Shown: positions 1 to 14,401, counted from the stretch's first letter. The stretch: DNA of 64,000 nucleotides from Eledone cirrhosa (GCA_964016885.1 OZ024741.1:386818001-386882000), one strand, 5' to 3'. Notes: generated by a model from the sequence alone, not told the origin. Made by a program: numbers and translations.

Positions 1-186
1 GTCGATCAATCAAGATATCGATCTGACAGTATCATTTCTTTCCCCTTTTCCTCTCTCCCTCTCTCTCTCTATCTCTCTTTATATAGAGACACACACATAT
101 ACATACATGTATGTAGGTATATATATATATATATACCTACATACATGTATGTATGTAGGTATATATATGCATATGTGTGTGTGTGT

Positions 187-480
187 AAGCACATGGCCTA
201 GTGGTTAGAGTGTTGGGCTTGCGATCGTGAGGTTTCGTGTTTGATTCTAGGACTGGGTGATGTGCGGTGTCCTTGAGCAAGACACTTTATTTCACGTTGC
301 TCCAGTTTACTCAGCTGGTGCCAAGTTATAACGGCCTTTGCCTTTCTTGGACAACATCAGTGACGTGGAGAGGGGTGACTGGTAGTATACAATGGGCGAT
401 GGTTGGACTTGTGCCTTGGAGGGATAACTTTCTAGGCGCAATTCCTATGGTCATTCAAGAACAAAGAGGGTCTCCTCCTT
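187..480 (+). mobile_element. tRNA-derived SINE (family A-like)
   Basis: A-box-like TGGCCTAGTGG, B-box-like GTTTGATTC, then GTGTCCTTGAGCAAGACACTTTATTTCACGTTGCTCCAG shared with copies at 24961, 43005, 48461, 49293, 53006. Confidence 0.75.
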
Positions 481-877
481 GTCCTTCACGCATCTTACAG
501 TCTGCCATTCATTTTGAGGGAAATGTTTTTTGCAGCTAACAGTGGTAGTAGCTCCCTGAACTTCTTCCATCCTGATCTCACTCTGGCTACTCTACTTTCA
601 GAACACCTACCTGGAATTTCTACCTACTCCTTTCCTCTACATTAAGCTAGGCCATTTCCCTGGGGGGATTTAAGAATGTTCTGCAGTGTGAGGACCAAAG
701 GCATGAGGTGTTCAGGATCACGAAGCAATGTGTCAATGAAAATTGTGATGTCATTGGGGACAAGTGTGACCTTGATGATAATGCAGTACTTTCCCTCACT
801 GATGCAGAAAAGAAGGTAGCATGGAGGTGCCACTATGAAAGTTACTAAATGAAAAAAATGAACGGGTTGAAAATAGT

Positions 878-1361
878 TTGTCACAAGTTGACCCAACTGA
901 GGGACTAGCTGTGCGAGTTAACAGTAGTATAGTAAATAAAACAATCAAAGATATTAAGACAGGCAAGGCAGCTGGGCCTTCGGGGATAGTTGCTGAGATG
1001 CTGAAAGCATCAGGGATGGTGGGCCACACCATAATCACCCATATTATAAACCAAGTAATACAAAATGGTGTCATACCCAATAACTGGGGTAGCAGCAGCA
1101 TCGTTAACTGTTACAAAGGCAAAGGAGATACTCTAGACATACAAAACTATAGAGGCCTTAAGTTGGTTGACCAGGTCTTGAAGGTCACAGAAAGAGTTAT
1201 TGCACAGCTGATTAGGGACCAAGTTAACCTTGATGAAATGCAATTTAGATTTGTCCCAGGTAAAAGTACCACAGATGCTCTCGTCTTCATGAGGCAACTG
1301 CAGAAGGAGTATCTAGCTAAAAGTAAACCTCTCTACTTATCTTTGGTTGACTTGGAGAAAA
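878..1361 (+). pseudogene. RTE-clade LINE reverse transcriptase fragment (N-terminal RT domains)
   Basis: Translation KTGKAAGPSGIVAEMLK...YKGKGD...NYRGLKL...QFRFVPGKSTTDA...LYLSLVDLEK is a typical non-LTR RT; truncated and fused to an RTE-type tail. Confidence 0.9.
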
Positions 1362-1446
1362 CCAACTGGCCAGACTTGTCTTATAACATGGACAACTCGT
1401 CTAACCCATGCAAGCATGTAAAAATAGATGTTAAAAGGTGATGATG

Positions 1447-1447
<1 letters not shown>
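1362..1447 (+). mobile_element. RTE-type 3' tail (AACCCATGCWAGCATG...GTTAAA..(GAT)n)
   Basis: The same terminal motif recurs at 4935, 16430, 23745 and 49950 (+) and at 1973, 56160 and 60715 (-). Confidence 0.7.
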
Positions 1448-1479
<32 letters not shown>

Positions 1480-1539
1480 CATTTTTTTCTGATTCCGCGC
1501 TTCCCATCCCTTCAATCTTTCTATTGGATGAAGGACTAA

Positions 1540-1615
1540 CCTGATAGTGGGGTTTAAAATCCTTTAAATAGACTCATCCTTTTCCATTTAGAGGATTTTA
1601 AACCCCACTATCAGG
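1540..1615. repeat. Short inverted repeat (hairpin)
   Basis: CCTGATAGTGGGGTTTAAAATCCT ... AGGATTTTAAACCCCACTATCAGG, 24-bp perfect arms. Confidence 0.85.
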
Positions 1616-1724
1616 CTAATTTTCTTTAGTCAAAATACAGCAAAAGGTTATATTTCTAACTCAATTTCAAACTTCGCTTACCGTCTTCAAAAACAACATG
1701 TTTGCTTTATATATATATGTATAT

Positions 1725-1958
1725 ATAGTAATAATAATAAATTTGAAGACTAAAATCCAAAGAAGGCTCGATAAGGATAAATATATATCAAATATATAAG
1801 AACCGTAGAGCAAATATTTATTAAAATAACAGATTAAAGTTTAAGCAAAGAATCGCTGCTTTCACCCTTAACGAGATCTTCTGAGTTTCAGAAGATCTCG
1901 TTAAGGGTGAAAGCAGCGATTCTTTGCTTAAACTTTAATCTGTTATTTTAATAAATAT
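1725..1958 (-). mobile_element. Fold-back element family H1, copy 1 (Penelope pLTR-like)
   Basis: Perfect palindrome 1814-1884/1888-1958 (71-bp arms, 3-nt loop) plus a unique tail; near-identical reverse complement of 20795-21032; flanked by (TA)n. Confidence 0.85.
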
Positions 1959-1972
1959 ATATATATATATAT

Positions 1973-2281
1973 CATTACCGTTTAATATCTATTTTTCCAT
2001 GCTTGCATGAGTTAGACAAGTTGTTCACATTATGAGACAAGTCTGGCCAGTTGGCCACACCATACCTTGCTCAAACAGGACAGTATTTTGACAGGGAATT
2101 TTACAGCTGGATGCCCTTCCAAACACCAACCACGTTTACAGTGTGGAACTGGTTGGGCCTGATATGAGACAAGTCTCGCCAGATGGGTGCACCATACCTT
2201 GCCCATATCGAGTCTGTGTGTTGGCTGGGTGGCACCGTTATGAGGAGAGTCTGGCCAGTTGGCTGCGCCATACCCTGCTCA
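1973..2281 (-). mobile_element. RTE-tail-bearing short retroelement
   Basis: Reverse complement of the RTE tail plus the CTGGATGCCCTTCC..CACCAACCAC motif shared with 56150-56400 and 60715-60940. Confidence 0.65.
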
Positions 2282-2295
2282 ATATATATATATAT

Positions 2296-2464
<169 letters not shown>

Positions 2465-2491
2465 CTCACTATTTAACTAGCCATAATAAAA

Positions 2492-2589
<98 letters not shown>

Positions 2590-2849
2590 TGTGTAACACA
2601 CTTCTCTTTGTGTAATATATTTGCATTTGAGCTCAGAAGAAAATTCTCTATTCTTCTTTGAGCTAATACTATTATTATTATTACAGTGAACTGTGGAATA
2701 CTCTTAATTCAGATCTTTGTATATATATATATATATATAAATATATATGCACACACATATACATATATACATACATGTATATATCTAATCTCTCCAACTT
2801 GTTATTAAATACTGTTTTCTTTACTGGCAATATTATCTATTATGTATCT

Positions 2850-2985
2850 ACATATATATCATGACTCATACACTGTTTATTTTCCTGACATTTGTACATT
2901 ATTCTATGTACTATACATGCACCTTTGATGAGTTGTAGTGCACCTGAGCACTGTACACAATAATTTCATTATTATTATTATTATT
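2850..2985 (+). mobile_element. CR1-like LINE 3' end fragment
   Basis: TTTGATGAGTTGTAGTGCACCTGAGCACTGTACACAATA..(ATT)n, the reverse complement of the tail at 51224-51300. Confidence 0.75.
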
Positions 2986-3904
2986 ATATAACATATGCTG
3001 ATTGATCCATCTTCACAAACAATTGCCATCTCTTTGTAATCACCTGATTACATCACCACCAGTATCTATTTTCTAATTCAAAAGGCATACACCAGCATGG
3101 CAGATCCAAGACCCTACTCTCTGATGAAACTTCAACATAGGACAAGCCAGTATGGCTGTCACAGCACATCTGTTCCCTCCTATACTACTTCTTCTGAGGT
3201 GACAAAACTGTGGAAGTAGCGGTATTTCATTGGTGCAGTCATGTGTGACACCCCGACAGTCACATCTTGCTACTTAACAACACCCCCATTTACTACTAAA
3301 CACACATTTACACACACTTACACACACACACACCCTACCACCACTGCCCCCTCTCAACTCTACATGTGCCACCCCCTCCCCATCCACTTCTGCCCTGACC
3401 AAACCTTCCTTGGCATCACTGGTCCATACTCAAATATTGCTCTCTCCTGGATTTATCTGTATACTGCAACACACACACACACACACACACACACATACCC
3501 ACACACATACCCATACATAAACATACACACATCCACCCTCACACACATATGTACATACTATATTTCCACTCACATGGATACAAACATACACACATACACA
3601 CAATCTTCCCACACACATGTGGAGATGCACACACATACACATGCTAAATCACACACTTGATAATACACACACACATACACATGCTAAATCACACACTCAT
3701 ATATACATTAAAAAAAATCACCTATACACAGCCGTGTGTAGACACACTCACACACACACTCATCCAACACACACTTGATAATACACGCACAATTGCACAC
3801 ACTCACATACATAGAAACTACAGAACAAGCTCTGCACACATACACACACACATGCATTAAATAAAGACCTCACAGACACACACACCAGTGTGCACATTTC
3901 ATTT

Positions 3905-4180
3905 TAATAGACTCTGGGACAGATAGCCTGAAGCCATGCATATCTACCGATTTCTTCCCTTCATCACCCCCACATACAACCACACCCCTGCCACCCCTCC
4001 ACCTCCCTTCCCAGGCTGGACCTTTCACCCACCTTCCCCTTCCCTAACTTTCTCACACTATTCATACGTCTATCTGTTCTCTCCTTATCCAAACTTTCCT
4101 GAAGAAGGACTTCTGTTCAAAACATCGAAACCTCCACTTCATCCAAGTGTGAACCCAATATAACTGTGTTTTGTTTGTTT
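3905..4180 (+). mobile_element. Decayed Penelope-like 3' end with HHR relic (4095-4130)
   Basis: TTTC-CTGAAGA-AGGAC..GTTC-AAAACATC-GAAA; pyrimidine-rich pLTR-like region ending at (TA)n. Confidence 0.45.
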
Positions 4181-4194
4181 CATATATATATATT

Positions 4195-4287
4195 AGTTTA
4201 TCCCGGGTTTAATCGGGGGTAACCACAGTAACTAAGGTACTCAATACCTAGCCGAGTATAAATATTTAATATAGAAATGGCTTCTAC

Positions 4288-4288
<1 letters not shown>
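4195..4288 (-). mobile_element. Short pLTR-like tail fragment in (TA)n
   Basis: Minus strand CTGTGGTTACCCCCGATTAAACCCGGG nearly matches the tail at 54897-54923; TACTC/GAGTA hairpin 4238-4258. Confidence 0.55.
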
Positions 4289-4332
<44 letters not shown>

Positions 4333-4337
<5 letters not shown>

Positions 4338-4975
4338 ATGTGCGCGAACGGTGAAGCATAAACGAATTGAGAGGGAGGGACTAAGCATAAGAGGTATCAA
4401 ATGTTGTGTTCTGGAGAGGAGATTGTGTTGGTATGGTCATGTGATACATATAAAGGAGGACAGCTGTATAAAAAAGTGCAGGGCAATGAAAATTGATGGA
4501 AGCTACGGAGTGGGTAGACCAAGAAACACCTAGAATGAGGTGATAAAAACTGACCTTGCTCACTTACACCTCTCTAAGACAATGTCACTGGATCGAGATC
4601 TTTGGTGCCATGCAGTTGTACAGAAGACCCGCCTTCCCTTGCATACAAACCTACAGTCAGTAGGCACTTCTTAACACAATATACACCCCACCCCCCACAC
4701 CCTACCCCATGCTCCCATTTCCGTCCACTGTGTCAGTGACACAACAAAAGGCATTCAGTCCACACTGTAAAGTGGTCGTGTAGGAGACACGGTAAAAAGG
4801 CTCCCAGTTCCACACTGTAAAAGTGGTTGGTGTTAGGAAGGGCATCCAGCTATAGAAAACCTGCCAGAGACACTTCCGTATGAGTGAGACATGGTCTCCT
4901 GACCATTCTCGCATCAAATAGAACAAAACTATCTAACCCATGCTAGCGTGGAAGATGGACGTTAAACGATGATGA
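4333..4975 (+). mobile_element. RTE LINE 3' fragment (ORF C-terminus + tail)
   Basis: ERRLCWYGHVIH..EDSCIKKC..GVGRPRNT motif typical of an RTE C-terminus; ends in the RTE tail with (GAT)n. Confidence 0.8.
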
Positions 4976-4983
4976 TATATATA

Positions 4984-5191
<208 letters not shown>

Positions 5192-5581
5192 CACATATAT
5201 ATATATACAGATATATATATATAGAGAGAGAGAGAGTGAGAGAGAGAGAGAGTGAGAGGGGGAGAGAGAGAGAGTGAGAGAGAGAGATAACACTCACTAA
5301 ACCTTGATATTGGCATCAATTCGGACACATACTCAGGATGAACAGTAGATGCAGTACTAAAATTGCCATTATGGACCATTTCAAATGTTTCACATCTTAA
5401 AAAGAAAGATGCTCTCAAGAACATTTTTTTTATCAATTTGCTGTTATGCTATAATTTTTGTCTTGTATCTTTTTTTTTTTTTTTAGAATTATTATTATTA
5501 TTTGTTTTTAATGTAGTTTTTCTTTCCTTTTTTTTTCAGGTTTGAAAGAAGTGGAGGAGAAAAAAGACAGAGAGTACTGTA

Positions 5582-5627
<46 letters not shown>

Positions 5628-5758
5628 ATATGTATACATGTATATATGTATATATATATATACATATATATGTATATATATATATATATATGTATATTTA
5701 TATATATATATGTATATTTATATATATATATATATATGTATATACATATATATAAATA

Positions 5759-5815
<57 letters not shown>

Positions 5816-6172
5816 GTATGTATTTCAGTATGTATGCATGCATACAGCTGCCAAACTCCATTTGGAGCTATCTTTGAAGATCTCGTTTTTTTAAGAAATC
5901 TTTGAGATGGGAAATAAAAATTAGTGCATACATACATACATACATGCATATATACATACATACATACATATATACATACATACATACATATATACATACA
6001 TACATACATACATACATACATACATACATACATACATACATACAAACATGTACACACAAACACATACATATATGCACATGTGTATGTGTGTATTGTACAA
6101 CTGATGTGTATGTATATATACACATAGTCATATATATATATATGCATATATATATATATACATATATATATA

Positions 6173-6258
<86 letters not shown>

Positions 6259-6365
6259 CAGGAGAGTGGAAACAGATAACCAGATAAGAGTAAAGAAATA
6301 ACAAGTACGCCTACAAGAAACTAGCATACAAATGTTACTACAGCTGCATCAGTCATTGACTTTAC

Positions 6366-6414
<49 letters not shown>

Positions 6415-6532
6415 TAGAATTTATGTATATATGAATGTTTGCACATAAATCTGTGTGTGTGTGTATGTATATATATATATATATATACACACACATATAT
6501 ATATACATATATATATATACATATATATATAC

Positions 6533-6656
<124 letters not shown>

Positions 6657-6662
6657 ATATAT

Positions 6663-6731
<69 letters not shown>

Positions 6732-6793
6732 AAAGGAGCATGGAAGAAAAGAACTGTGTGAGAGTTACACACAACATAATAATGATAATAAAG

Positions 6794-6832
<39 letters not shown>

Positions 6833-7388
6833 CGACAACAATAATGATAATGATATATAGTCAACAAGTTGTTGATAATTTGAGAAAATAATTTTTTTTT
6901 TAATTAAAAAGAAAAACTTGAAATAACAATTACAATAAAATCAGCATAACAACAACAACAACAATAATAATAATAATAGTAACAACAATAACAACAACAA
7001 TAACAATAATAATGATAATAATTATAATAATTATAATAATTATAATAATTATAATAATTATAACAATAACAATAATCAGATTCTTTCTCATTCTCTCCCC
7101 TCAATCACTCTCATTCTTTTGCAAAAGGAAAAAAAAGACCTTTACATCTTATACACACAAACATGGCAACACACTCACATATACATATGCACACAGACTC
7201 GCACACACACACAGACACGCACACACACGCACACGCACACACACACACACAGACACGCACACACACACACGCACACACATACACACACACACACAAACAT
7301 ACGGACACACAGAAAGACATCGGTACATAGACATGGTCTTAAATAATAATAATAAGTAATATTAATGATAATAATAATAATAATAATA

Positions 7389-7439
<51 letters not shown>

Positions 7440-7485
7440 ATGCTGATGGTCATGATAATGATGATGATAACAGTGATGATGATAG

Positions 7486-7880
7486 TGGTGAGAGAAGAAA
7501 TGTCTTCTGAGTGATGTATCAATCCCCACAGATGACAATATATCTACCAAGGAAATGGAGAAACTATCCAAATATAAAGATCTAGAGATAGAAATAACCC
7601 GAATGTATATGAAGACAGAAACAAGACCTATAATAATAAGGTCCTCTGGGAATAATAAAAACACACAGACAAATACATAACCACAGCGCCTGGACTTACA
7701 AATATATACAACATACAGAAAATAGCACAACTAGACACCACATAGATATTATGACGAGTACTCTTAATACAATAGAAACAACAACACCAAAAGACAAACT
7801 GCACATAGCCAAGGTACATAGAACTGTGCTCAGTGGTGCAAAGGTGTCGCGTAATAAAAATGAGACTAATGATGATAGTA
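7486..7880 (+). mobile_element. R4/Dong-like non-LTR element, restriction-like endonuclease C-terminus + 3' UTR
   Basis: Hand translation DVSIPTDDNISTKEMEKLSKYKDLEIEITRM...NIQKIA; frameshifted; sits in (TAA/TGA)n. Confidence 0.8.
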
Positions 7881-8269
7881 ATAATGATGAATCTGCCCAA
7901 GATGAGAATAATTGTTAGCAAAAGTGGTGAGTGCAAAGAAGAAAGGAAGATGATGTGTGGTTAACAATGTGTATATAGAAAAAGGATCCAATATTGTGTG
8001 TGGAGAAAGAGGGGGGGGGGGGTTAAAAAAAGAGAGTCAGAGAGGGGGAGAGAGAGTGAAAGAGAGTGAGAGAAAAATAAAGAAAGAGAGAGAGAGAGAG
8101 TGGGAGTGAGAGAATGAGAGAGAGAGAGTGTGTGAGAGAGAAAGAATAGGTAGATAGATAAATATATTGATAGACAGGTAGATGGACATATACATATAAA
8201 TTTGTATGTATTATTCATATATAGCATAAATATAAATACACACATGCACATACATACATACATACATAC

Positions 8270-8580
8270 ATGATGATGATGGCTGCCCCCTCGTTATCGA
8301 GTATGGCCATTGCATGATATACCATTATTAATAATTATTAATTAATTCTATCATGCAATGCCTGTGCGTGAAGATATTTTTTAAAGTGAGGAAAGACTGT
8401 GCACTGAGCCAATCCCACTCTCTGAGCGACAGTAGCTATAACCCGAAAAGGAGAAAAGATCAACATCATCAGTAACTACTGAGCCACAGGTTTTATATCG
8501 GAGTCATCCCAGTTTCCTGAGTTGCCTTCTCCTAGAAGAATGCCCTGACAAAGGCTAGGGGTCCTTCACTCCCAGTGAAC
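8270..8580 (-). mobile_element. Short non-autonomous retroelement (RTE-like bipartite), copy 1
   Basis: About 220 bp near-identical to 29845-30063; (CAT)n tail on the minus strand; both copies sit in (TACA)n. Confidence 0.65.
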
Positions 8581-8639
8581 ATACATACACACATACATAA
8601 ACACATACATACATACATATATATATATATATATCCAAG

Positions 8640-8875
8640 ATGGCTGACTGAATATGCCCGTGTGTTTTTTCTCCCTTATTTTTCCTCATTTTTTCCCTGA
8701 TCCTACCTCTTCTCACTCTTTACTTTCTATTTATTTTCTATTTCTAACTCTATCTTCTGATGAAGGACTGGTGTCCAAAATGATAAGACTCTCTTCCTGC
8801 TATTTCAAGCGTTAACCTAATATATTTCTTCCATGTACTTTGTCGATTGCTTTGTTATTTCTGTTTACCTTTTAC
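8640..8875 (+). mobile_element. Penelope pLTR-like family P with HHR relic (8753-8788)
   Basis: TCTT-CTGATGA-A-GGAC-TGGT-GTCC-AAAA..AAGA (G12 lost); downstream CTCTTCCTGCTATTTCAAGCGTTAACCTAAT also found reversed at 27245-27277 and 34905-34937. Confidence 0.6.
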
Positions 8876-8949
8876 ATATATATATATACATATATATGTG
8901 TGTGTGTGTGTACTTATATACATACATACTTATATACATACATATATAT

Positions 8950-10793
8950 AGTAGTAGTAATAGGTAGGTTAAGAAAACAAGGTATAGAGCAACTCAAGTC
9001 CGTAAGTGGAGTTTGAATAAAATTATTAGGGCTAGTTACTTCAATGGTGTCATATCAGGTACGTATGTTTAGTTGGTCACGAGGACCAACTTGTTCAACC
9101 TGCGCTGATGAAAATGGACCAGAAAATGTTTACTCAAAAGGGACGAAAATCAAAGAGAGGAGAATCAAACCAAGGGGAGATAAAACAGATGGTATAGGAA
9201 AGACAATTTGACCTAAAACATCGTGAACAAATTCTAAAATAACTAATAATTATGAGGAGGCAAGAAAAATATCGATAGGTTAAGAAAGATATAAATCGAT
9301 ATTAAGGAGGCAATTTCTTCAAAAAGTAGTTAGAAATATGAGAATATCTCGAGAAGAAATCAGTACGCATATTAAATGATTTGTTATTGTAGTGAAGATT
9401 ATTCAATATTCACCATTTATCATTATTACATAATCGGCAGGCCTTGGGCCCATTTATATATGGTCGAGATTTTTCTGGTATCTTCCATTTGATGAAGAAG
9501 TCAATGTTCCTGTCTTTGAGTTGTCATATTTTATTTGCCAAATTTGTGGTTCTTTTATTTGAAGGGTGCTTTGTAATTGAGGAAGTGGTTTTAAACCAGG
9601 TCTCTGATATACCAGTGTATTTACAGAACCGTTTTGGTGGTGGTGGTTCAATGGAGAGATCTCAGCTTCATATATTATTGCTAGGGTGTTGGTCCAGTGA
9701 GCATGACTCATGTTTTTACAAGAACATCCATATACTTTGGGGGTTCTGTTGTTTATGCAGGAGGATTTCATGTTTCTGGTACAAGAGTATCCAAATTTGA
9801 CCATATGGTGGTTAAAGATCTGGTGGTATTTCTGTCCTAGGGGGAAGTATGTATCTATGAGGGCTAAAAATTTCTTTCTGGCATTAGTTTTGACATTTAA
9901 CGAGAAGGGACAGAGAACCAGTTTTTTGCTTTATTTGTTAGTTTTTTCCTATTAGTATTTGGAGCGTGATCTGGAGAACAGGAAACTTTTTCAGAGAAGC
10001 TGTTATTGTGTAAGGTTGTATTATAGTGCGGAGCTGTTCTATCAAAAATGGCATTGTTAGAAGAGAAGTTAGAAATCTGCCTACTAATATTCTTAACTAA
10101 ATTTTCAAAGACTATAGGGGAGTGGCAGGAATTCCTGTGTATGTATCTAAAGTTTTCACTAGTCTAAAGGAACAGTTTATGGGTGTGTATGTAGGTATAA
10201 GTTGAAGTCTAAGAAGTTAACACTAGTGAGGTTGGTAGATAGTGTGATTTTTACCCTAGTTGCCTAAATGTTGTGAGTAACTCTTTCCTAAAGGTGTCGA
10301 GGTCATGGCTGTTTTTATGGCTTGTAATGACCAGACTGTCATCACGATATAAACCCATCTGGAATTTTTTGTGTAAAGAATCCAAGATAAAGAGCCAGAC
10401 CAAATCGTAAACATCCACGCTGTTAAAATGATCCGATAGGAATATCAATGGAGTCGTTTGTCATGGATTTCTTTATCCAGGCCACGCCATTGTTAAAGAG
10501 GAGGGTTTTACAGCAGTGAAATATTACCAGTCGGTCCAAGTCATGAATATCACTAAATCTACTGCCGAAGTTCAGAGCCTTATTGAGAAAGTTCCTGGAT
10601 ATTGATGGGTAAAAGTCCACAATATCAAATTGGGTTTATCTGGCTCTACCCATCAGCTTTAAGGACCTAAACCAATCTAGCATCACTTGGTTATTTAGTT
10701 AAGCTTACATTGTTTATTAATATTCCTATTTAAGTTTCTAAGTAGGTTCTTACTAACTAGGCCTAATTCTATCTTGAGTCTATATGCCGGGTT

Positions 10794-10798
<5 letters not shown>
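8950..10798 (-). mobile_element. 5'-truncated, decayed Penelope-like element (RT + GIY-YIG), Naiad-like
   Basis: Minus-strand pieces: MNPA..ELGLVSK; QFDIVDFYPSISRNFLNKAL..CKTLLFN..WIKK; GLYRDD; IIYEAEI..YTGISETWFK; CRLCNNDKW..FNMRTDFFSRYSH. Flanked by (TA)n on both sides. Confidence 0.9.
9056..9102 (-). ncRNA. Degenerate hammerhead ribozyme in the PLE 3' region
   Basis: Minus strand: CAGG-TTGAACA-AGTTGGTC-CTCGT-GACCAACT-AAAC-ATAC-GT-A-CCTG; all three stems present, core mutated. Confidence 0.6.
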
Positions 10799-10856
<58 letters not shown>

Positions 10857-10902
10857 TATGTACATATATATACATTTATACATATATACATATATGTATA
10901 TA

Positions 10903-10935
<33 letters not shown>

Positions 10936-11187
10936 GTCTGTGTAAATATATGTGTGAGTGTGTATGTGTATGTGTGTGTGTGATAAAGCCCCCAAAATAT
11001 ACACACACTTACATACACACACACACACATTCAAATGACAAATATATATATACACATGCATAAATATACATACATAGACACATGCATGCACACATATACA
11101 TGCACACATAAACACGCATACATAAATACATACATATATACATACATAACATACACACATACATACATACATACATACATACATACA

Positions 11188-11219
<32 letters not shown>

Positions 11220-11324
11220 CATATATACATACACACACATACACACATACATATACATACATATATATAACCACACACCTTCATATAGAGACACATGCGC
11301 ACATGTAAAGAAAGCAGGAATATA

Positions 11325-12537
11325 ATAATTGACAGAATTATCGCAACAGAAGAGTGCAATACATGTTGATGCCTCCACAGATTCTGACTTCAAATTCCGC
11401 TAGTTTCAACTTTGCCTTTTTAACCCTCTTGGGTTGATTGAAATGTACCAGGCATGTACCAGATATATACTGGGGTCAATTCAGTGAATTATCCTCCCTC
11501 TGTATGAATTTCTGGCCTCCATGCCAATGTGAGAAATCATTGTTCGTACCATTGTTAATATGATTATGATTATAATAATAATAATTATTATTATTATTAT
11601 TATTATTATTATCAAATCCAGTCGAGGTTAGCTTTGCCTTTCATTCTTGATAAAATAAAGTACCAGTAATGCACTGAGATTGATTTAATCGACTTTTTCC
11701 TCCCCAAAAATTATTGGCCTTGTGCCTAAATGATTATTATACATATGCTTAATTAAGAAATTATAATAATTAATATCATTATTGTATATTATGAATATCA
11801 TTAATATTATTATTATGAGTAAAAGGGGCTGTGGTTTGGCAGAATTGGTAGTCCCCACCTTGTAGTATTTAATTACCTCCCTTTCTGTGTTTAAATCCTC
11901 CCTGCAGAGATTCACATGTCATTTATCTTTACTTTGGTGGCTTCATAAACTACCAGTCACTTACTGGAGAGGGTCGGATGTGTTCGACTTTTCTACCCCA
12001 ATCCACCCACCCAGCCCCAAATTGCTGGCCTTGTGCCTAAATTATAAAATATTATATGGATGGTGGTATATAAGCAGAATTGTTACAGTGTTGGATGCTT
12101 TGCAGCATTTGTTCCACCTCTACACTCTGTGTTGAAATCCATCCAAAGTCAACTTTGGCTTCCATCCTTCTCATGTCAATAAAATAAAGTATCAGTTAAG
12201 TACTGAGTCGATTTAATCCACTTAATTACTGACTTTCAGCCTAAATTAGAATCATTTATAATTATTTTCATCATCATTTTATAATTATTATAATTAAAAT
12301 AACTGATGAATTTTTTTATTTGCAGTATTTGATTTCAGCTCTTACAGTTCTGTGTTCAAATTCCATTGGAGTCAACTTTGCCTTGCATCTCTTCAAAGTT
12401 AATAAAAGAAATACCAGTTATATACTGATCTACTCCATTTACTATACACAAACTTTACAAACATTTGGCAGTGTGTCAGGTTAAAGGAATTCACAATATT
12501 TAATATCTAATATTACTATCATCAATGTTACCATTGC

Positions 12538-12579
<42 letters not shown>

Positions 12580-12810
12580 TGTTATTGTTATTGGATTGGC
12601 TGTCTCAGTAGAGCATTGGACAACATGCTTTGCAGCATTAAGTTACAGCCCTTTATGTTCTGAGTTCAAATCCCACCAAGTTTAGCTTTGCCTTTCATCC
12701 TTACGGGGTTGATGAAATAAAGCACCAGTAATGTACTGGGGTTGATTTAATTGATTTTCCCCTGCCCCAAAATTGCTGGCCTTGTGCTTAAATCAAAAAC
12801 AATTATTATT
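11325..12810 (+). mobile_element. Cluster of about six head-to-tail SINE family B copies
   Basis: Repeated GTTCAAATCC..CTTTGCCTTTCATCC..AAATAAAGTACCAG..CTGGCCTTGTGCC, separated by (ATT)n. Confidence 0.85.
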
Positions 12811-13188
12811 ATTAATACTGCAGTTGTTATTTTTATTATCATTATTTTTTTTTTGTACGGTGGCCTGCCAACATATTCACATTTACATTTTCTACACATC
12901 ATTTTCCCTTCCTACTCCCCGCCTGTACATTCAATCTAGCTTGCACCCTGAGTGGGGGGGGGGAAGCAAGTTTTGTACATGCAAATGTCATACAAGTGTG
13001 TGTATATATATACATATATATATATAGAGAGATATAGATAGATAGATATAGATATAGATATATATATATACATGTGTGTGTGTGCACATGTGTAAATTTG
13101 TATATACATATATGTATGTGTGTGTATGTGTATATACATACATATACATATATATATATATGTATATATATATAGAGAGAGAGAGAGA

Positions 13189-13317
13189 GAGTGAGTTCCA
13201 CAACAAATTAGCAAACCATACTCAAGCTAATTTGTTGTCGAACTAACTCTATACCTAACTCGTCCTCTGGACTGAGTGCTGTACTTACTATGGATATAAC
13301 CTCCCGGTATTTTACCA

Positions 13318-13320
<3 letters not shown>
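13189..13320 (+). mobile_element. Small fold-back + pLTR-like tail
   Basis: GAGTGAGTTCCACAACAAATTAGC / GCTAATTTGTTGTCGAACTAACTC inverted arms (13189-13249), then an ACTC..GAGT hairpin and (TA)n. Confidence 0.6.
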
Positions 13321-13405
<85 letters not shown>

Positions 13406-13449
13406 ATACAAATACATATATATATAAATATATACACATATATATATAC

Positions 13450-13480
<31 letters not shown>

Positions 13481-13654
13481 TAGACATATATATATATACA
13501 CATACATGTATACATATATATGTGTGTGTGTGTGTGTGTACATACACAATCACCAATTTTATCAACTGCTGAAGACTCGTCCATTTCTGGTCCATGAATT
13601 TTTTAATCATGTAATTATTATTATGATTACTGTCATTTTGATATACATACATGC

Positions 13655-13757
<103 letters not shown>

Positions 13758-13814
13758 TGCATAAGCATGCACACACACACAACAATATATAGATATACGT
13801 ATATGTATATTATG

Positions 13815-13888
<74 letters not shown>

Positions 13889-14070
13889 CAGGCAGACAGA
13901 TGGAGAGGCATGAGCTCGACCACAACACAATCCAATATCGTGTTGCAGTCAGGTTCCTCTCTCTATATACCAACTCTGCATCTTCCTGTGATTTGTGGTC
14001 TCCCCAGTTGCAGCACCACATTTATATATATATATACAGTATATATATATATATATATATATACACGTAC

Positions 14071-14162
<92 letters not shown>

Positions 14163-14269
14163 TATACACATATATTTATACATATATATATATATAAATA
14201 TATATATACATATATATACACATATATTTATACACACATATATATATACATATATATACACATATATAT

Positions 14270-14359
<90 letters not shown>

Positions 14360-14401
14360 GTATATATATACACATATATATATATACATATATATATATA
14401 C

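Noticed and set aside
5520-5582. Plus-strand acceptor TTTTTTTTCAG followed by a short ORF
   Set aside because: Runs into a stop codon or (TA)n, with no supporting plus-strand exons.
8520-8580. HDV-like ribozyme at the 5' end of the RTE-like element
   Set aside because: Plausible for RTE 5' ends, but I could not assign the nested double pseudoknot by eye.
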